A stretch of 64,000 nucleotides of DNA, taken from NCBI RefSeq assembly GCF_006345805.1, contig NC_042998.1, positions 53,692,001-53,756,000 of the forward strand. The letters run 5' to 3'. The stretch is from Octopus sinensis (Eukaryota). Numbering within the stretch: the first letter of the stretch is position 1; each line of letters opens with the position of its first letter. The translations under genes were made by a program, and so were the position numbers. The notes below the pieces were generated by a model. It saw only the letters and a list, made by a program, of their open reading frames with translations. It did no database searches and was not told the DNA's origin. This document shows, one piece after another, positions 49,126 through 63,447 of the stretch.

Positions 49126-50214
49126 TATATATACAGGCAGACAGATAGAAAGGTGCAGTCAGTTGTCCTAAGTCAAAAAAAAGCATGCTCTAAGAGGTTA
49201 TGTACCTACAACCAGCAGACATGAAGCCAATAGTAAGTTTCTGACTGGAAATAACTGATGAACGACTACATAAAATTGTGTGTGTGTATAGATATATATA
49301 TCTGTGTGTGTTAACTATAGAACAGAGTAGGAAAAGAATTGTCCTTTTTCATATTAATCTGTGCTTGTATTAGATTTAGCAACTAGATATTCTTAAACTT
49401 TGTTATATTTATGTATTTTCTTATACACACACAGCACACATATACTAAACACACATGCACACGGCCATACAGATGTAAATGCATGTGCAGAAAGAAGTAC
49501 ATACCACAGAAGAGCAAAATGGAATAAGCAGGATAAAAGGAGATACTTGAGACAGAGAGTGACTGATGAAGTTACAGATTGTGTGACAAACGAAATTTGA
49601 CAGACATATAAACTAAAAATAATGCAAGTAAAAACTAAAGTGAAGATCAAATAAATAGTGCATGTGTTTAATTGGCAAAAAAAAAAAAAACTGTCTACCC
49701 TCAAGTATAACAATATTCTTAAACGGTTTTACGGAAAACATGGTGATCAAATAAAGATTTTTTTGCATCATGCCAAGTTTTCTCATTTATTTTCTAATTA
49801 TTTCTAGTTTTATTATTAAATTATATTCGAATAGAAGTAATGATACCCAGCATTATAACTGTACCAAATCTATAGTTATCTTTTTTGATTTGGTTACACA
49901 TACATGACATGATATATGACAAGCTGTAATGTATTGATAGTTCTCTTTTATGTAATCCATATGTGAATTTTTTGTTTTTACTTTTAATACTATCACATCT
50001 AGGAAGTAAATTATTTTCAGACTCCTATGGTGCAAGAAGAGACTTCAAGACTGTTTATTGTTTATTTCAATTCTGTGAGTCCAAAAAATACTATCTGTCT
50101 ATCATCTATTTATCTGTCTATGCATCCATCTCCAACCATCCATATGTTGTCTAAAAATCCCTGAGAGAAAACAGGCACTTATATTTGTCACTAATTTAAT
50201 ATTATACAATACAT

Positions 50215-50505
50215 ACGAGCGTGATCGTTACCAACGTCACTTCACTGGCACCTGTATCGGTGGCATGTGTAAAAAGATTCGAGCGAGGTCATTGCCCGTA
50301 CCGCCTTACTGGCCCCCGTGCAGGTGGCACCTAAAAAGCACCCACTACACTCTCAGAGTGGTTGGCGTTATGAAGGGCATCCAGCTGTAGAAACTCTACC
50401 AGATCAAGACTGGAGCCTGGTGCAGCCATCTGGTTGCCAGCCCTCAGTCAAAACCGTCCAACCCATGCTAGCATGGAAAACGGACATTAAATGATGATGA
50501 TGACA
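50215..50505 (+). mobile_element. RTE-tail element
   Basis: ggcacc...aaaagcacccactacactc...aaatgatgatgatg. Confidence 0.8.
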
Positions 50506-53059
50506 TACTGTATTCTAGATCCACTTCAGCTGATTGGTATAATTGGCTGAAATTAAGCTATAATACCGTACAGTATAAATATTAATATATATAAATGTGT
50601 GCATGTGTGTGTGTGTTTGTATGTGTGTGAAAGCACATGGCTCAATGATTGTGGTGTTGCACTCACAATCACAAGATTGTGGTTTCAATTCCCAGACCAA
50701 CAGTGCATTGTGTTCTTGAGCAAAAAACTGTAGAGCGGTGCACTCAGCTCTAAGTGGGTGACTGGCATTCCATTCAAGGGGGAATATGGCATCATTTGAA
50801 AGATACAACAAATACATTATTGTACCTACCAGCAGTATATAGCAGCATCCAATAGTCTGGCAATACAGTGATGGGTGCAGGTGTGGCTGTGTGGTAACAA
50901 GCTTGCTTCCCGACCACATGGTTCCAGGTTCAGTCCTACTATTGCAAGTACTTTATTCAATAAAATACTTGTCACAATAGTAAGCTACAAATTTAATATG
51001 AAGAATCTTTATTAGAAATCAAACTTTGGACCCCAACAAAGTAAAAAATGTTCTAATTGAACTCAACCTTTCTCACACACACACACACACACATTTTCTT
51101 TTATTTGTTTCAGTCATTTGACTGCAGCCATGCTGGAGCACCACTTTTAGTCAAACAAATCAACCCCAAGGCTTATTCTTTGTAAGCCTAGTACTTATTT
51201 TATCGGTCTCTTTTGCCAAACCACTAAGTTATGGGGATGTAAACAACACACCAACATTAGTTGTCAAGTGATGGGTGGAGGGACAAACACACACACAAAG
51301 ATATACATACATATATATATACATGAATTTATATAATTATAAACATAATTGTAATTAGGGTTTAGCAAATTTGCTTCACCACATACTGAAATTTAGAAAT
51401 AGCAGTTAAAATACTGCTCTACTATCATATGATATCTCCCAGACAGCAATACTCTCAACTCACTTTTAACATACCAAACTACTTGGTAAGATTATTAATT
51501 ATAAATTGATTAATTAATTTTACCCTTTATTGTTATTATTGTTATTATTATTATATAAGAGTTTTTTATTGTAAACTGTTGAATCTCAGGTTTTAGTTAT
51601 ACTTCCCACTAACACTTGTATTTGACTCTGTGTTCCCCTGTTCTTCCACAACCATTCTATTACAACTTACTATCTTTCTACATTTCTTTTGATTCCTCTC
51701 TGCTTTACTCTTGGAATTGAGCAAAGGAAAGTTTTACTCTTGATTGTTTTTTTTAATTTTGGATTTTTATAGGGTGTATTTAGACCTTTGAGGCAAATTT
51801 TATAAAGATTCAATGGGAAATGGTGCCGTTATATCAAGTTAGCCAGACAAACTTCCATGCTTCTTACGTAGATTACTTTGTCGTAAAATTGAAATAGTAA
51901 TGAACAGCATTCCAATTTCTTGTTTCATAATAACAAAAGAAACCATTTAAGAGTCATTTGAATGAAGAACTAGATTTCATTCATTTGACCATTACAATTT
52001 AAAATAACCCCTTTTTGCTATATTACCATCGGTTGTGGTGAGAGTCACAACATCCCCTGTGAGAATAGACTTGACCGAATGGCTATAAATTGTAATGGTC
52101 TGTGTGAGAGACAGAGCAGGCATTAATCTCAGGAAGTTGTCAGGTGTTGTTTTGGTAGTTTGTGAGAATATTGTCAATTGGTTTGTGTATAGTTCATAGA
52201 GAGTTTGTTGGATCGTTACGTTGCTGTTACTCTGCTTCGTCATATGTTTTATTGTTACTACATGGTTATAGTGTACACAAGTATCATCATAAATAGTGGT
52301 GATACTACACCATAAGCATTGTAATTATCATAATCACCATTGTTATTGTCATCATTTCAATCAATATCAACATCATCTGGTTTAATCACTGTGTTCAGTC
52401 TCTGCCAGTTCGTGTTTGATAGGTTTAAATTACTCAATAATAACTCTTCTTTCCCTTCTTTATTGCAAGCAAATAATTTCTTCCAAGTAGAAAGCAAAGT
52501 TCTTTATGAAAAGAGAAAGCAAGCACTCTTAGAGCCACAGAAAGCTACAAGCTCATCATCCATGCTCATTGACAAGAGCAATGGGCATAGTGGAAGAAGC
52601 ATTCAAATTATTTCATTAAAAGTGATGCTTATTTATTCACATAGATTTGAATAAACCATGCTTTATCTTGTAGCTTTGAGATTTTGATGAGCTTATGATT
52701 AATCTTTAGAATGATATTGTAGGGTTGTTGTGAGGGGCCAGATTTGACCAGTTTGAATATAAAACAGGTAGAATATTTTGGCCAGGTATGGCTGATTTGA
52801 ATGCTAAAGGGTTAAAGAAAAAGAAATGAGCATTGAAGACAAACCAGGCACTGAAAGACCATCAACTGCAACTACTGTTACAAATCATTTGTGAATGGGC
52901 CTCAAGCTGAAGAAAAAAAATCCAAGAGAAAAGATAGAATCCAGCAATGACATTTGTGCCAAAACAATCTTGGGAGCTTCAGTGTCTTTGAGACATAATG
53001 GTGAGAAAGGATCTTTGGATGTTAGGCTTCACTGAGAAAATGACAAGGGACCAGATGTG

Positions 53060-53390
53060 GCAATTTGCTGTACTTGATAAGACATGTCAAGCTAAGTAAA
53101 ATTGCTGTCTTCCACACAGACAGGTGCCAATGGCCCTTAAAAAGCACCCATGTCAGTGCTGCATTAAAGCCCCTGTATCAGTACTGCATAAATGCACCCA
53201 TGACAGTGACACATAAAAAAAAACCACCCAGCACACTCTGCTAAGTAGTTTGCATTAGGAAGGGAATTCAGCTATAAAAATCCTGCCACAACACACAATT
53301 GGTGTCCAGACAGTACCCTTCTGGCCAGCTCCATGTCAAAACATCCAACCCATGCCAGCATGGAGAGTGGACGTTAAAAGATGATGATTA
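53060..53390 (+). mobile_element. diverged RTE-tail element
   Basis: Repeated aaa(a/t)gcaccc units, ccaacccatgccagcatgg and a GAT tail. Confidence 0.65.
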
Positions 53391-53412
53391 TGAATGAGTT
53401 ATCTATAATTGT

Positions 53413-53594
53413 TGTAGGAGTGGCTGTGTTGTAAGTAGCTTGCTTACCAACCACATGGTTCCAGGTTCAGTCCCACTGCATGGCACCTTGAGCAAGTGTC
53501 TTCTACTATAGCCTTGGGCCAACCAGAGCCTTGTGAGTGGATTTGGTAGACAGAAACTGAAAGAAGCCCATCGTATATATGTATGTATATATAT

Positions 53595-53630
<36 letters not shown>

Positions 53631-53847
53631 TTGTGTGTCTGTGTTTGTCTCCTCAACATCACTTGACAACTGATGCTGGTGTGTTTACATCCCCATAACC
53701 TAGCGGTTCAGCAGTAGAGACCGATAGAATAAGTACTAGGCTTACAAAGAATAAGTCCTGGGATCGATTTGCTCGACTAAAGGCGGTGCTCCGGCATGGT
53801 CACAGTCAAATGAGTGAAACAAGTAAAAGAATAAAAGAATAAAGAAT
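53413..53847 (+). mobile_element. SINE family A, full length
   Basis: Family A head to (aaagaat)n tail. Confidence 0.9.
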
Positions 53848-53993
53848 ATTGGAGGCACAAACATGAAAACTGTAAACACCAACAAGACTAATGAAGAAAC
53901 ATTGAAAATATTCTCAACAAAGAAGGAGCTAAAAGGAGAAATGTACTTTGAAGAGAGACTCTGAGGATTCAGACTGGGCTCTTATTAAGAAAG

Positions 53994-54040
<47 letters not shown>

Positions 54041-54042
<2 letters not shown>

Positions 54043-54477
54043 TAAACCACAGATTTGCTTGTCAGTTGTTTGACTTTAACCAGTTGAGCATGTCCCTTAG
54101 TGGCTGACGATATGTGCATCTCTGATCACAAGCAGAATTAGTGGGGGAGCATCATAGCCATGTGTTGAGAGGGATTCTTTGGGGTTTGAATAATTCACCT
54201 TTGGAAACATGGGTGTTTCGTTCAACATCCTTAAACAACCCTTATTCAGGGACCTTTTGAGCGGGATGGGCTACTCTACCAGAAGAAAATTCTAACTGGG
54301 CCCCACCTGCAAGGTCATGTGCTGTTTATCTTGATATGAGATCACCATGTCGCACACATATGGTGGTGATGCATGTGCCTAGTGTACCCTTATCAGACGG
54401 GTGGTCATGATGGGTATACTGGGCTTCGTATATTTTACCCCAGTGTCACTTTGATGGCATACACTGCTCTCTCACTC
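54041..54477 (+). mobile_element. non-coding element sitting inside an (AAT)n array, possibly the 3' UTR of a microsatellite-targeting non-LTR retrotransposon
   Basis: More GC-rich 437-bp block with (AAT)n directly on both sides (about 53995-54040 and 54478-54520). Confidence 0.5.
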
Positions 54478-54517
<40 letters not shown>

Positions 54518-55107
54518 TAATGATATATACAAACATATTTTCTTTTCCATGAAAGATTCACTAATTTTTTTTCCAACACATAGAGAAGCCTGTGCTGTTT
54601 AAGAGCTAATTAATATGACTTCTTTAATAATATATTAATTTATTTATTTTTGCTTCTTTTTTTTTGTTACATATTTACAGAAATAGTTATTTTTATTTCA
54701 GATCTGAATAATAAATTGTTTTAGATAGATAATTATATTCTGCATTAAATTGATTTGTTAAAAAAAACATAATAATCTAATTTTAAGCTATAGAAGATAT
54801 TTAGGGACTAATTATTGTAACATAGGATGTTATGATTTGATTGCTGTTATTACTGTTGTTGTTGTTGTTGTAGGTATCGTTGTCGCTGGTGTTGTTAATG
54901 AATATGAATATGGTGTTGGTTGCAGGTGGTGCTGGTGACAAGGAAAATGGCAATGAAGAAAATTATGATAATGGGAATGGTGAGCATGAAGATGAAAATT
55001 AGTAAGAGAAGAATGATGTTAGAACTTTACACTACATATTCGGCATTGAAAATCAAAACCAAAATTTCATTTTAAAAATGTGAAACAAGTCAGTTGTGAA
55101 CTACAAA

Positions 55108-55122
55108 AGGAAATAAAAATAT

Positions 55123-55162
<40 letters not shown>

Positions 55163-55187
55163 CACATATATACATGTGTGTGTGTGC

Positions 55188-55250
<63 letters not shown>

Positions 55251-55433
55251 GTGTGTGTGCTTGTGTGTGTCTATATATGTGTATGTATATATTATATATA
55301 TATATTATATATATATATATATATACATACATACATATAATACATATATACATACATACATACATACATGTATATATACATACATACATATATATACATA
55401 CATACATATATATATATACATACATACATATAT

Positions 55434-55466
<33 letters not shown>

Positions 55467-55489
55467 CATACATACATACATATATATAC

Positions 55490-55522
<33 letters not shown>

Positions 55523-55537
55523 CATATATACATACAT

Positions 55538-55570
<33 letters not shown>

Positions 55571-55571
55571 C

Positions 55572-55632
<61 letters not shown>

Positions 55633-55895
55633 CACACACATATATGTACACATATATATGTATATGTATACATATATATATGCCTATGTGTGTGTGTGTG
55701 TATTTAGGGAAATGTTATGTGTGCGTGTGTATATGTATATATATATATATACATACATTTATGTATATATATATGTATATATACATTTATATATATATGT
55801 ACATATGTGTATGCGTGTGAATATATATATGAAGACCTACACATACATACTGGTGTGTTTAATGAAATTTTTAGTGAATTAATGAAACTGAAAAA

Positions 55896-55927
<32 letters not shown>

Positions 55928-56000
55928 CATATATATATATATATGTATGTATACATATATGTATATGTGTATGTATGCATATATATACACATACACACAA
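55108..56000. repeat. compound (TA)n/(TACA)n/(TG)n microsatellite block
   Basis: Read directly; source of many spurious ORFs. Confidence 0.95.
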
Positions 56001-56424
56001 TATAATATTTTCAGTATTATTAATTCACTAAACATATCACTCAATTACTCTTTAATTGAAAGGTGCTATTTATAATTATGCCCCTGCAACATTCTTCTGT
56101 TTCTGTATGTGTGTGTTTTGTGAGTTTTTTGTTGTTGTTGTTCTTCTTCTTTATCTTTCAAATATTAACAGTATGAATATATTGATAATTGCTCTTTTAC
56201 TTGCACCTTGTATCAAGCTGTTAGTCATGGCTAATTGCTTCAAATTATAGCGCCAGTAGCTTAATGTTACTGCTGCTGGCATTAATAGTTTTGTTTTTGT
56301 TGTTCTTGTGGGTTTTTTTTATATTAAATGTAAACAAATATTAAAGTTAATTGAAATAAAATTGTAAGGGTAAAGAAATGGATGATAAAGTTTTAAATGT
56401 AAGATATTATTAACTTTAAAATAT

Positions 56425-56812
56425 AACTAGCAGTGTTGCTCGGCGTTGCTCAGGTTTGTTTCAACCCTTTAGAATTGGAATTTTTGAAAAGTAAAAGTTT
56501 TGCATTATATAGCTTGTTATTCGCTTTAAGTGAACATTTTTCTGGTTGAAATACACCGAAAAATGGCGACACAGCAATCAGAAAATCGTAAAAAAATAGG
56601 GATTTTCATTGAAAAAGCACCTTTTTTATGTAAATAATTTTTGGTGTTAATATGGTCCGATTTGAATTTTTTCTTCTACGGAAGGAAGAGCAAGCCTTCT
56701 ATCATATTCTCAATTTTGGTCAACTTGCACAGCAAGGTTTCAGAGGAGATAGTGTTAGTTGAAGGCTACCAAACCTGGCATACACAGACAATTTCAGCTT
56801 TATATATATAGA
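56425..56812 (+). mobile_element. Helitron/Helentron-like non-autonomous element
   Basis: Starts aactagcagtgttgctcggcgttgctc and ends cagctttatatatatag, a terminal pattern I recall for HINE-type elements; not aligned. Confidence 0.45.
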
Positions 56813-57403
56813 GAAGAGATATGCACTCACACATGTACATACATACGTAAGAACATACATATACCCAGACATACATGCATGTGTGTGTGTGTGTAGGCAT
56901 AGGGCAAAGTGGTTAGGGTGTTGTACTCATTATTGTAGTTTCCTCTACTGAGATGGAAAGCCCCATGCCTCAATGAAATTTGAACTCAGAACAAAGACAG
57001 ATGAAATGCTGATAAGCATTTTGCCTGGTATGCTAACGATTCTACCAGCTCACCACCTTATCACATGATAGGATACTAATATATGAAAGTAATACCTCAA
57101 ATCATACATTCATTATTGTAAAGAATGTGGACTGCAGCCCTTTTTGTTTTGTTTTTGTTTTTTTTTTACAGAATCCCCCATTTTCGAGTACAGAGATACT
57201 GATTCTGCAAAAAAAAAAAACAAAAAAAAAACAGCATTTAAAATTTAAAAAAATTTTTAACTGGGTGATACATTGTGTTCTTAAACAAAATCTCAATTAG
57301 CAAAAATTAATAAAATTGCAAGAGGGGACTTTATTATTCCACAGAATCCAGGAAACCAGTTTTATGTGCCACTGGCTTAGAAAAGACCTTTGATCTTTAT
57401 ATA

Positions 57404-57621
57404 TATTCTTTTACTTGTTTCAGTCATTTGACTGTAGCCATGCTGGAGCAGCACCTTTAGTCGAACAAATCGACCCAGGACTTATTCTTTGTAAGCTTAA
57501 TACTTATTCTATCAGACCCTTTTGCTGAACCGCTAAGTTACAGGGACATAAACACACCAGCATTGGTTGCCAAACAATGATGGGGAGAACAGACACACAA
57601 ACATACACACACACATGTATG

Positions 57622-57653
<32 letters not shown>

Positions 57654-57812
57654 CGACAGGCTTCTTTCAGTTTCTGTCTGCCAAATCCACTCACAAGGCT
57701 TTAGTTGGCCCAAGGTTATAGTAGAAGACACTTGCCCAAGGTGCCACACAGTGCGACTGAACCTGGAACCATGTGGTTGGTAAGCAACCTACTTACCACA
57801 CAGCTACTCCTG
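57404..57812 (-). mobile_element. SINE family A, full length
   Basis: Reverse complement of the family consensus. Confidence 0.9.
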
Positions 57813-58027
57813 TGCATATATGCATATATATATATATATAATGTGAGTTTGGATGGATATATTATCCGGATGGACACCATGGTGGCTTTCAGGTTACAGC
57901 TAGCCAGATCAATTAGTATTTGATGTTTATGACAACTATTAGTTGTTGGTCATGCTGTAAATTCCTCTGATGGGTAATTCTATGTTCACTTCTCTGGATG
58001 GTAATATTACCTGGAGTGTATATATAT

Positions 58028-58322
58028 TGGCTTAGTGGTTTGAGTATTTGGCTCATGATTGTAGGGTCATGAGTTTGATTCCTGACGATGCGTTGTGTCC
58101 TTGAGCAAGACACTTTATTTCACATTGCTCCAGTCTGCTCAGCTGGTAAAAATGAGTAGTGTTTGTATTTCTAGGGGCCAGCCTTGTCACTCTCTGTGTC
58201 ACACTGAATCTCCCTGAGAAGTATGTGAAGAGGTACACATGTCTGTGGAGTGCTCAGTCACTTGCACGTTAATCTCATGAGCAAGCTGTTTCATTGATCG
58301 AATCAGCTGGAGCCCTCGACAG
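58028..58322 (+). mobile_element. SINE family C
   Basis: tggcttagtgg A box, gagtttgattcc B box, gtccttgagcaagacactt core. Confidence 0.78.
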
Positions 58323-60178
58323 AGTGCCAATTTTGTTTTGTATTATTTTTACATTAGCAATAATTACAATAAAATGGAATATGGAGACTTGTTCATCCCC
58401 AAAATTTATTTCTTCTTATTTTACAATTTCATACAGCATATTTTTATGATTGTTATAACCTACATGTTTCCACTGCACAGAGTATGGGCAGTTGCACATG
58501 CAACGGGGGATGATTTTCTGTGCAGCTTCTTCAGGGTCTGCCCATTTGGCTAGTTTTGAAGTGAACTGAATACAGTTAATTGTTTGTTAGTTAGGGTTGA
58601 GAGGGACTGCACCTTTAATCATGTGATTGAGAAGACAGGAAAAATTCTTCAAAGGCATAGGGCTTTCCATCTCAATTGAGGAAGAAAACATTGCAAACTG
58701 TGGCGTGTTCCTCGCTCTACTGAGATGGAAAGCCCCATGCCTCAATGGAATTTGAACTCAGAACAAAGACAGACGAAATTCTGATAAGCATTTTGCCTGG
58801 TGTGCTAACGATTCTACCAGCTCACTGCCTTATCACATGATAGGATACTGATATATTAAAGTAATACCTCACATCATATTTTGCACTTGAAAATATCTCT
58901 TGTTGGGTGGAACAATCAAAGTGGGAAGTTTTATATATATATACATAGAGAGAGAGACAGACAGACAGATACATACATATGCTCATGTATGTTTGTGTGT
59001 GTGTATATATATATATATATATGTATCACATACATATATACACACAGAGGTATGCATCCGTGTGTTTACATATATACATATGTGTGTGTTTATGCATGTG
59101 TGTGTGTGTGTGTCTAAATATTTCTTTGCATTACAACTTTATTATTATATATTTTATGAAACTGCTTTGTAATCTTATGTGCCAAAGGCAAAAAATAAAC
59201 CATTATTTAAAAATATCTACTTAAAATATAACAGTTTTTGTTCATAAATTTCTCATATTGCTCAAGAGAAATAAGTTTTTTCATAAAAATTTCTTTTTCT
59301 CCAAAACTGTATCATTTATAATACAATTATCTTGGATAAATAATTCTGAATACAGTTTTTCCTCTAGCTCTTCTAGCCTGGCTTTGCAGGTTGTGTAGAG
59401 TTATAAATATTGCCACTAATTCTTTATCCAAGACTGAACAAACACACTCAGAAACAAAACCTTGCTCAAATGTCCAATGCTCTGTTTTTCCTCCTCCTCC
59501 TTCTCCTTCTTCTTCTTTTCCCTTCTTGTGTCCAGCAGCTCTCCATGTAGATTTGATTATCTTCCTATAGAAACTGATAAACTTCCTCTGAAACTGCTAA
59601 TATGCTTGTTGAATTATAGAATTTTGGCAGTCTAACACAGTTTAATGAATTTAGTTTTATTTCTAGCTTTTCAGAGAATTTATTGAAGAGGATTCCTGAA
59701 TGTCCCATATGAACAAAAGGAGCTTCTCCCTTCCTTTTAATGGTCAATTTGCAATATTTTGTATACAATAAACTCAATGCTAAATCAATCCAGAATGCAT
59801 TAATCTAAGATAATACAATGAGTTAGTTCAGCATAACTTATTTTATTCAAGCTCGGTAAAATCCAGGATATTTCAACCATCGAAAGTAATTCAATGGGCG
59901 TCGTTTTAATTGATCTAAAGTTTATCTCATAGTAGTTAACACAATCTCAAATCATTTTAGAATAGCTGTACAATTAAGGCTTCTTTAGTTATGATATCAA
60001 AATTAGGATTTAGTAAAGTTTTATCTCATCATTTCTCAATTGATTATCCATCCACTAAGAAATGAAACATGAAATATGAAATTGTTGTATTCGTCCCAAT
60101 GTTCACCAGCATTAATTGAGCTTAATCATAAGAATCTTTCTAATACATCAAAGGTCTCTCTCTCCCTCTCCCTCTCGT

Positions 60179-60246
<68 letters not shown>

Positions 60247-61156
60247 AGAACTTTACAAATTAGAATCTTCTCATCATTATCGCCATCATATCGGTCATTG
60301 TCATCATCATCATTTTTACTTCTGCTTCTTCGTGCTTGCATGGGCCGGAGAGTCCTTTTTAAGACGCTGTCTTCTTATTTGTCGCTATCTATTGTCATTT
60401 CTTGTGTGAAGTTCAACATCCTAAGATTACCTTTTGTCATTTCTGCCTCTGTCTTACTTGGCCTTGCTTCCCAACAACTTCCTTTCACTTGAATATCCTG
60501 GCAATTCATTACCAGCTTGTTATCCTCCATGCACATTACATGCCTATGCCAACACAGCCTTCATTCTAGCATAAAGACAACAACTGATTTTTCTTATTAC
60601 AGGTTTATCTCTCTGCTCATCAGTACCATGTTATCCATGCATACTAACATTACTCGTCCAACAGAACCAGGGGCGTATATTCCAGGTGTGCTAGGTGTGT
60701 GTGCTGCACACCCATCGAAAATGGCAGATTCATTATAAATAATCTTACTCAGTTTAATCACAAATCTTGATGGAAAACTTTTGTTATACTCATCATCATC
60801 ATCGTTTAACGTCTGTTATGTATGGATGACTGCTGGTCTTCCATAAACAACCTTGCCCGGACTTATGTCTTGGAAGGTAACTTTCTAGGTGCAATCTCAT
60901 GGTCATTCATGACCAAAGAGGGTCTTTACCCTCATACTATTCACATGACTATATGCATAAGTACCTGCAAACATTCATACAATCACACAATGCAAACATA
61001 CATACACACACAAATCTGCACATACACATACAAACAAACAAAAATACCCTGTTGATGTTGTTGAAATTCCACTGAAGGAGCCTTGAATCTAGGTTAGAAA
61101 CTGGCTCTTTCTCTATTAGTACGCAATCTTGAAATAAAACTGAATGATGACATACA

Positions 61157-61440
61157 TCATCATCATCATCATCATCATCATCGTTTAACATCCGTTTTCC
61201 GTGCTAGCACAGGTTGGACGGTTCAACCGGAGTCTAGGAAGCCAGGTGGCTGCACCAGGCTCCAGTCTGATCTGGCAGTGTTTCTACAGCTTGATGGCCT
61301 TCCAAACACCAACCACTCCGTGAGTGTAGTGGGTGCTTTTTAAGTGCCACCGGCACAGGTGCCAGGGAGGCTGGCAGCGGCCATGATCGGTTGGTGCTTT
61401 TTATGTGCCACCAGCACAGAAGCCAGTCGAGGCGGTAGCA
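61157..61440 (-). mobile_element. RTE-tail element
   Basis: (CAT)n-cgtttaacatccgttttcc...gtgggtgcttttt. Confidence 0.85.
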
Positions 61441-61850
61441 CACCCAAAACAACAACCACCACATGCCACTGAGCAGAACATACTTATTTCATTTCTCTCC
61501 ACCCTTTGTACACACCCTTAATTCAGTGCCTACATCTCACAGTCATACAGTATGGTGCTTTCTACACAAGCAGCATATAAGCTACACTTTTCTCAATGAG
61601 ATGATTTCATTATACTAGTTGCCAGCAAAAATCTGAACATTTTCCACTTTGCCCTTATTCTGGACAACATATTTTCAGAACACACTACTCCACAGCTGAT
61701 TAGGTTTCCCTGTTATTATTATTCATAAATTTGAATTTAAAGTTAATATCACAAGTTAACTTTTTATATATACATAGATAACTCAACATAAATTCTCAAC
61801 ATTCTTATGAACATTTTGAAAATACAAAAAAATTAACCCATTAGGCACAT

Positions 61851-62163
61851 TAACCACATGGTTCTGCATTCAGTCCCACTGTGTGGCACCTTGGGCAAGT
61901 GTCTTCTACTATAGCCTCGGGTCGACCAAAGCCTTGTGAGTGGATTTGGTAGATGGAAACTGAAAGAAGCCCGTCATACATATGTATATATATATGTGTG
62001 TGTCTGTGTTTGACCCCCCAACATTGCTTTACAACCAATGCTGGTGTGTTTACAACCCCGTAACTTAGCGGTTCAGCAAAAGAGGCTTACAAAGGATAAG
62101 TCCTGGGGTCGATTTGCTCGACTAAAGGTGGTGCTCCAGCATAGCCACAGTCAAATGACTGAA
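61851..62163 (+). mobile_element. SINE family A, 5'-truncated
   Basis: Core and 3' part match the family. Confidence 0.85.
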
Positions 62164-63114
62164 GCATTCAGATTACTGTCAAATGTAATACTGTTTTTAA
62201 TCAATCATACTTTATCTTGTAGCTTTGAGATTTTGATGATGCGGTTATTTACTTTAAGAATGACATTGTAGGGTAGTTGTGAGAGACCTGATCTGGTCCA
62301 TTCGAACATAAAACATGTAGAATATTTGGACCGGATATGGCCAGTTTAAAGGTTGAAGGATTTAACTAAATTCTCAGCTACAAAGTTTTCTTCATTCACT
62401 CACATAAAAGCATTTTCCCAAACTTAACAGTTTAACTACCATATCGCATTAACTTCAGTGACATGATATCTACTTAACGAGAATAATAACAGTCGCATCA
62501 TTTTTAACTGAAACAGATTGTAACAAATTATTCAATTCCTCAATTTTTACTCCAGAGAAAGTATCAATAGTTTCATGGCAATAACCTGTTAGGAATTGAA
62601 ACCTACAAATCCTCAAAGAATAACAGAGCTATCTGAATGGCTTTTTTTTTTTTGTTCTTTGTTATAATGATCTGTCATATCATCATTGACAAATGTTAGC
62701 AACTTGATACGGAGATTGCATAAAAGCAAATGGTGAAAATAGAAATAAGATTAGATACTTTATAGGCATTTCTTTTTTTTTTGCATTTTTTTTTTGTTTT
62801 TTGTTTTTTACCAGTGTTATATTCTGCTAATAGCTATGATTTATAATCAATATATAAGTTTTATAATGGACTGTGGCGGTTATGACTTAACCTCTAACTC
62901 TTGTCACAAACACAATGAACTGTAAATCGCAAATAAATTCTGTGGCAACATCATAACTGCCTGCACACAAACACACACTCACTCACTAACATGCACATAC
63001 TTTCAGACATACAGACATGTTCATATAAGCATATTGCTATATTTATACATAAAACCAGAAATATTTAGGCATACATATACACACATATATATAATACGAA
63101 TGTTCATACCATAT

Positions 63115-63447
63115 AGTGAAGGTGTATGGCTGAGTGGTTAGAATGTTGGACTCACTATCATGAGGTAGTGAGTTCGATTCCTGACCTGGTATGTGTGTTG
63201 TGTTCTTGAGCAAGGCACTTTATTTTACATTGCTCCAGTTCACACAGCTGCCGAAATAAGTTGCAATGATACTAGTGCCAAGCTGTATTGGCACTTTCCC
63301 TTGTGTAACATCAGTGGCATGGAGAGGGGAGGCTTGTATGTATGGATGACTGCTGGTCTTCCATAAACAACCTTGCCCGGACTTATGCCTTGGAGGCTAA
63401 CTTTCTCGGTGCAATCCCATGGTCATTCATGACCAAGGAGGGTCTTT
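63115..63447 (+). mobile_element. SINE family C, near full length
   Basis: tggctgagtgg A box, gagttcgattcc B box, ttcttgagcaaggcactt core. Confidence 0.8.

Noticed and set aside
49555-49610. CUGAUGA followed by a GUUAC/GUGAC stem
   Set aside because: No GAAA directly after stem II and no stem I complement.
51760-51840. Good acceptor tttttatag|G
   Set aside because: Stop codons in all three frames soon after the site.
55080-56031. Long Y/I/H/T/C/V-rich ORFs (also at 24, 27.4, 33.5, 35.1 and 48.4 kb)
   Set aside because: Translations of TA/CA/TG microsatellites that lack stop codons.
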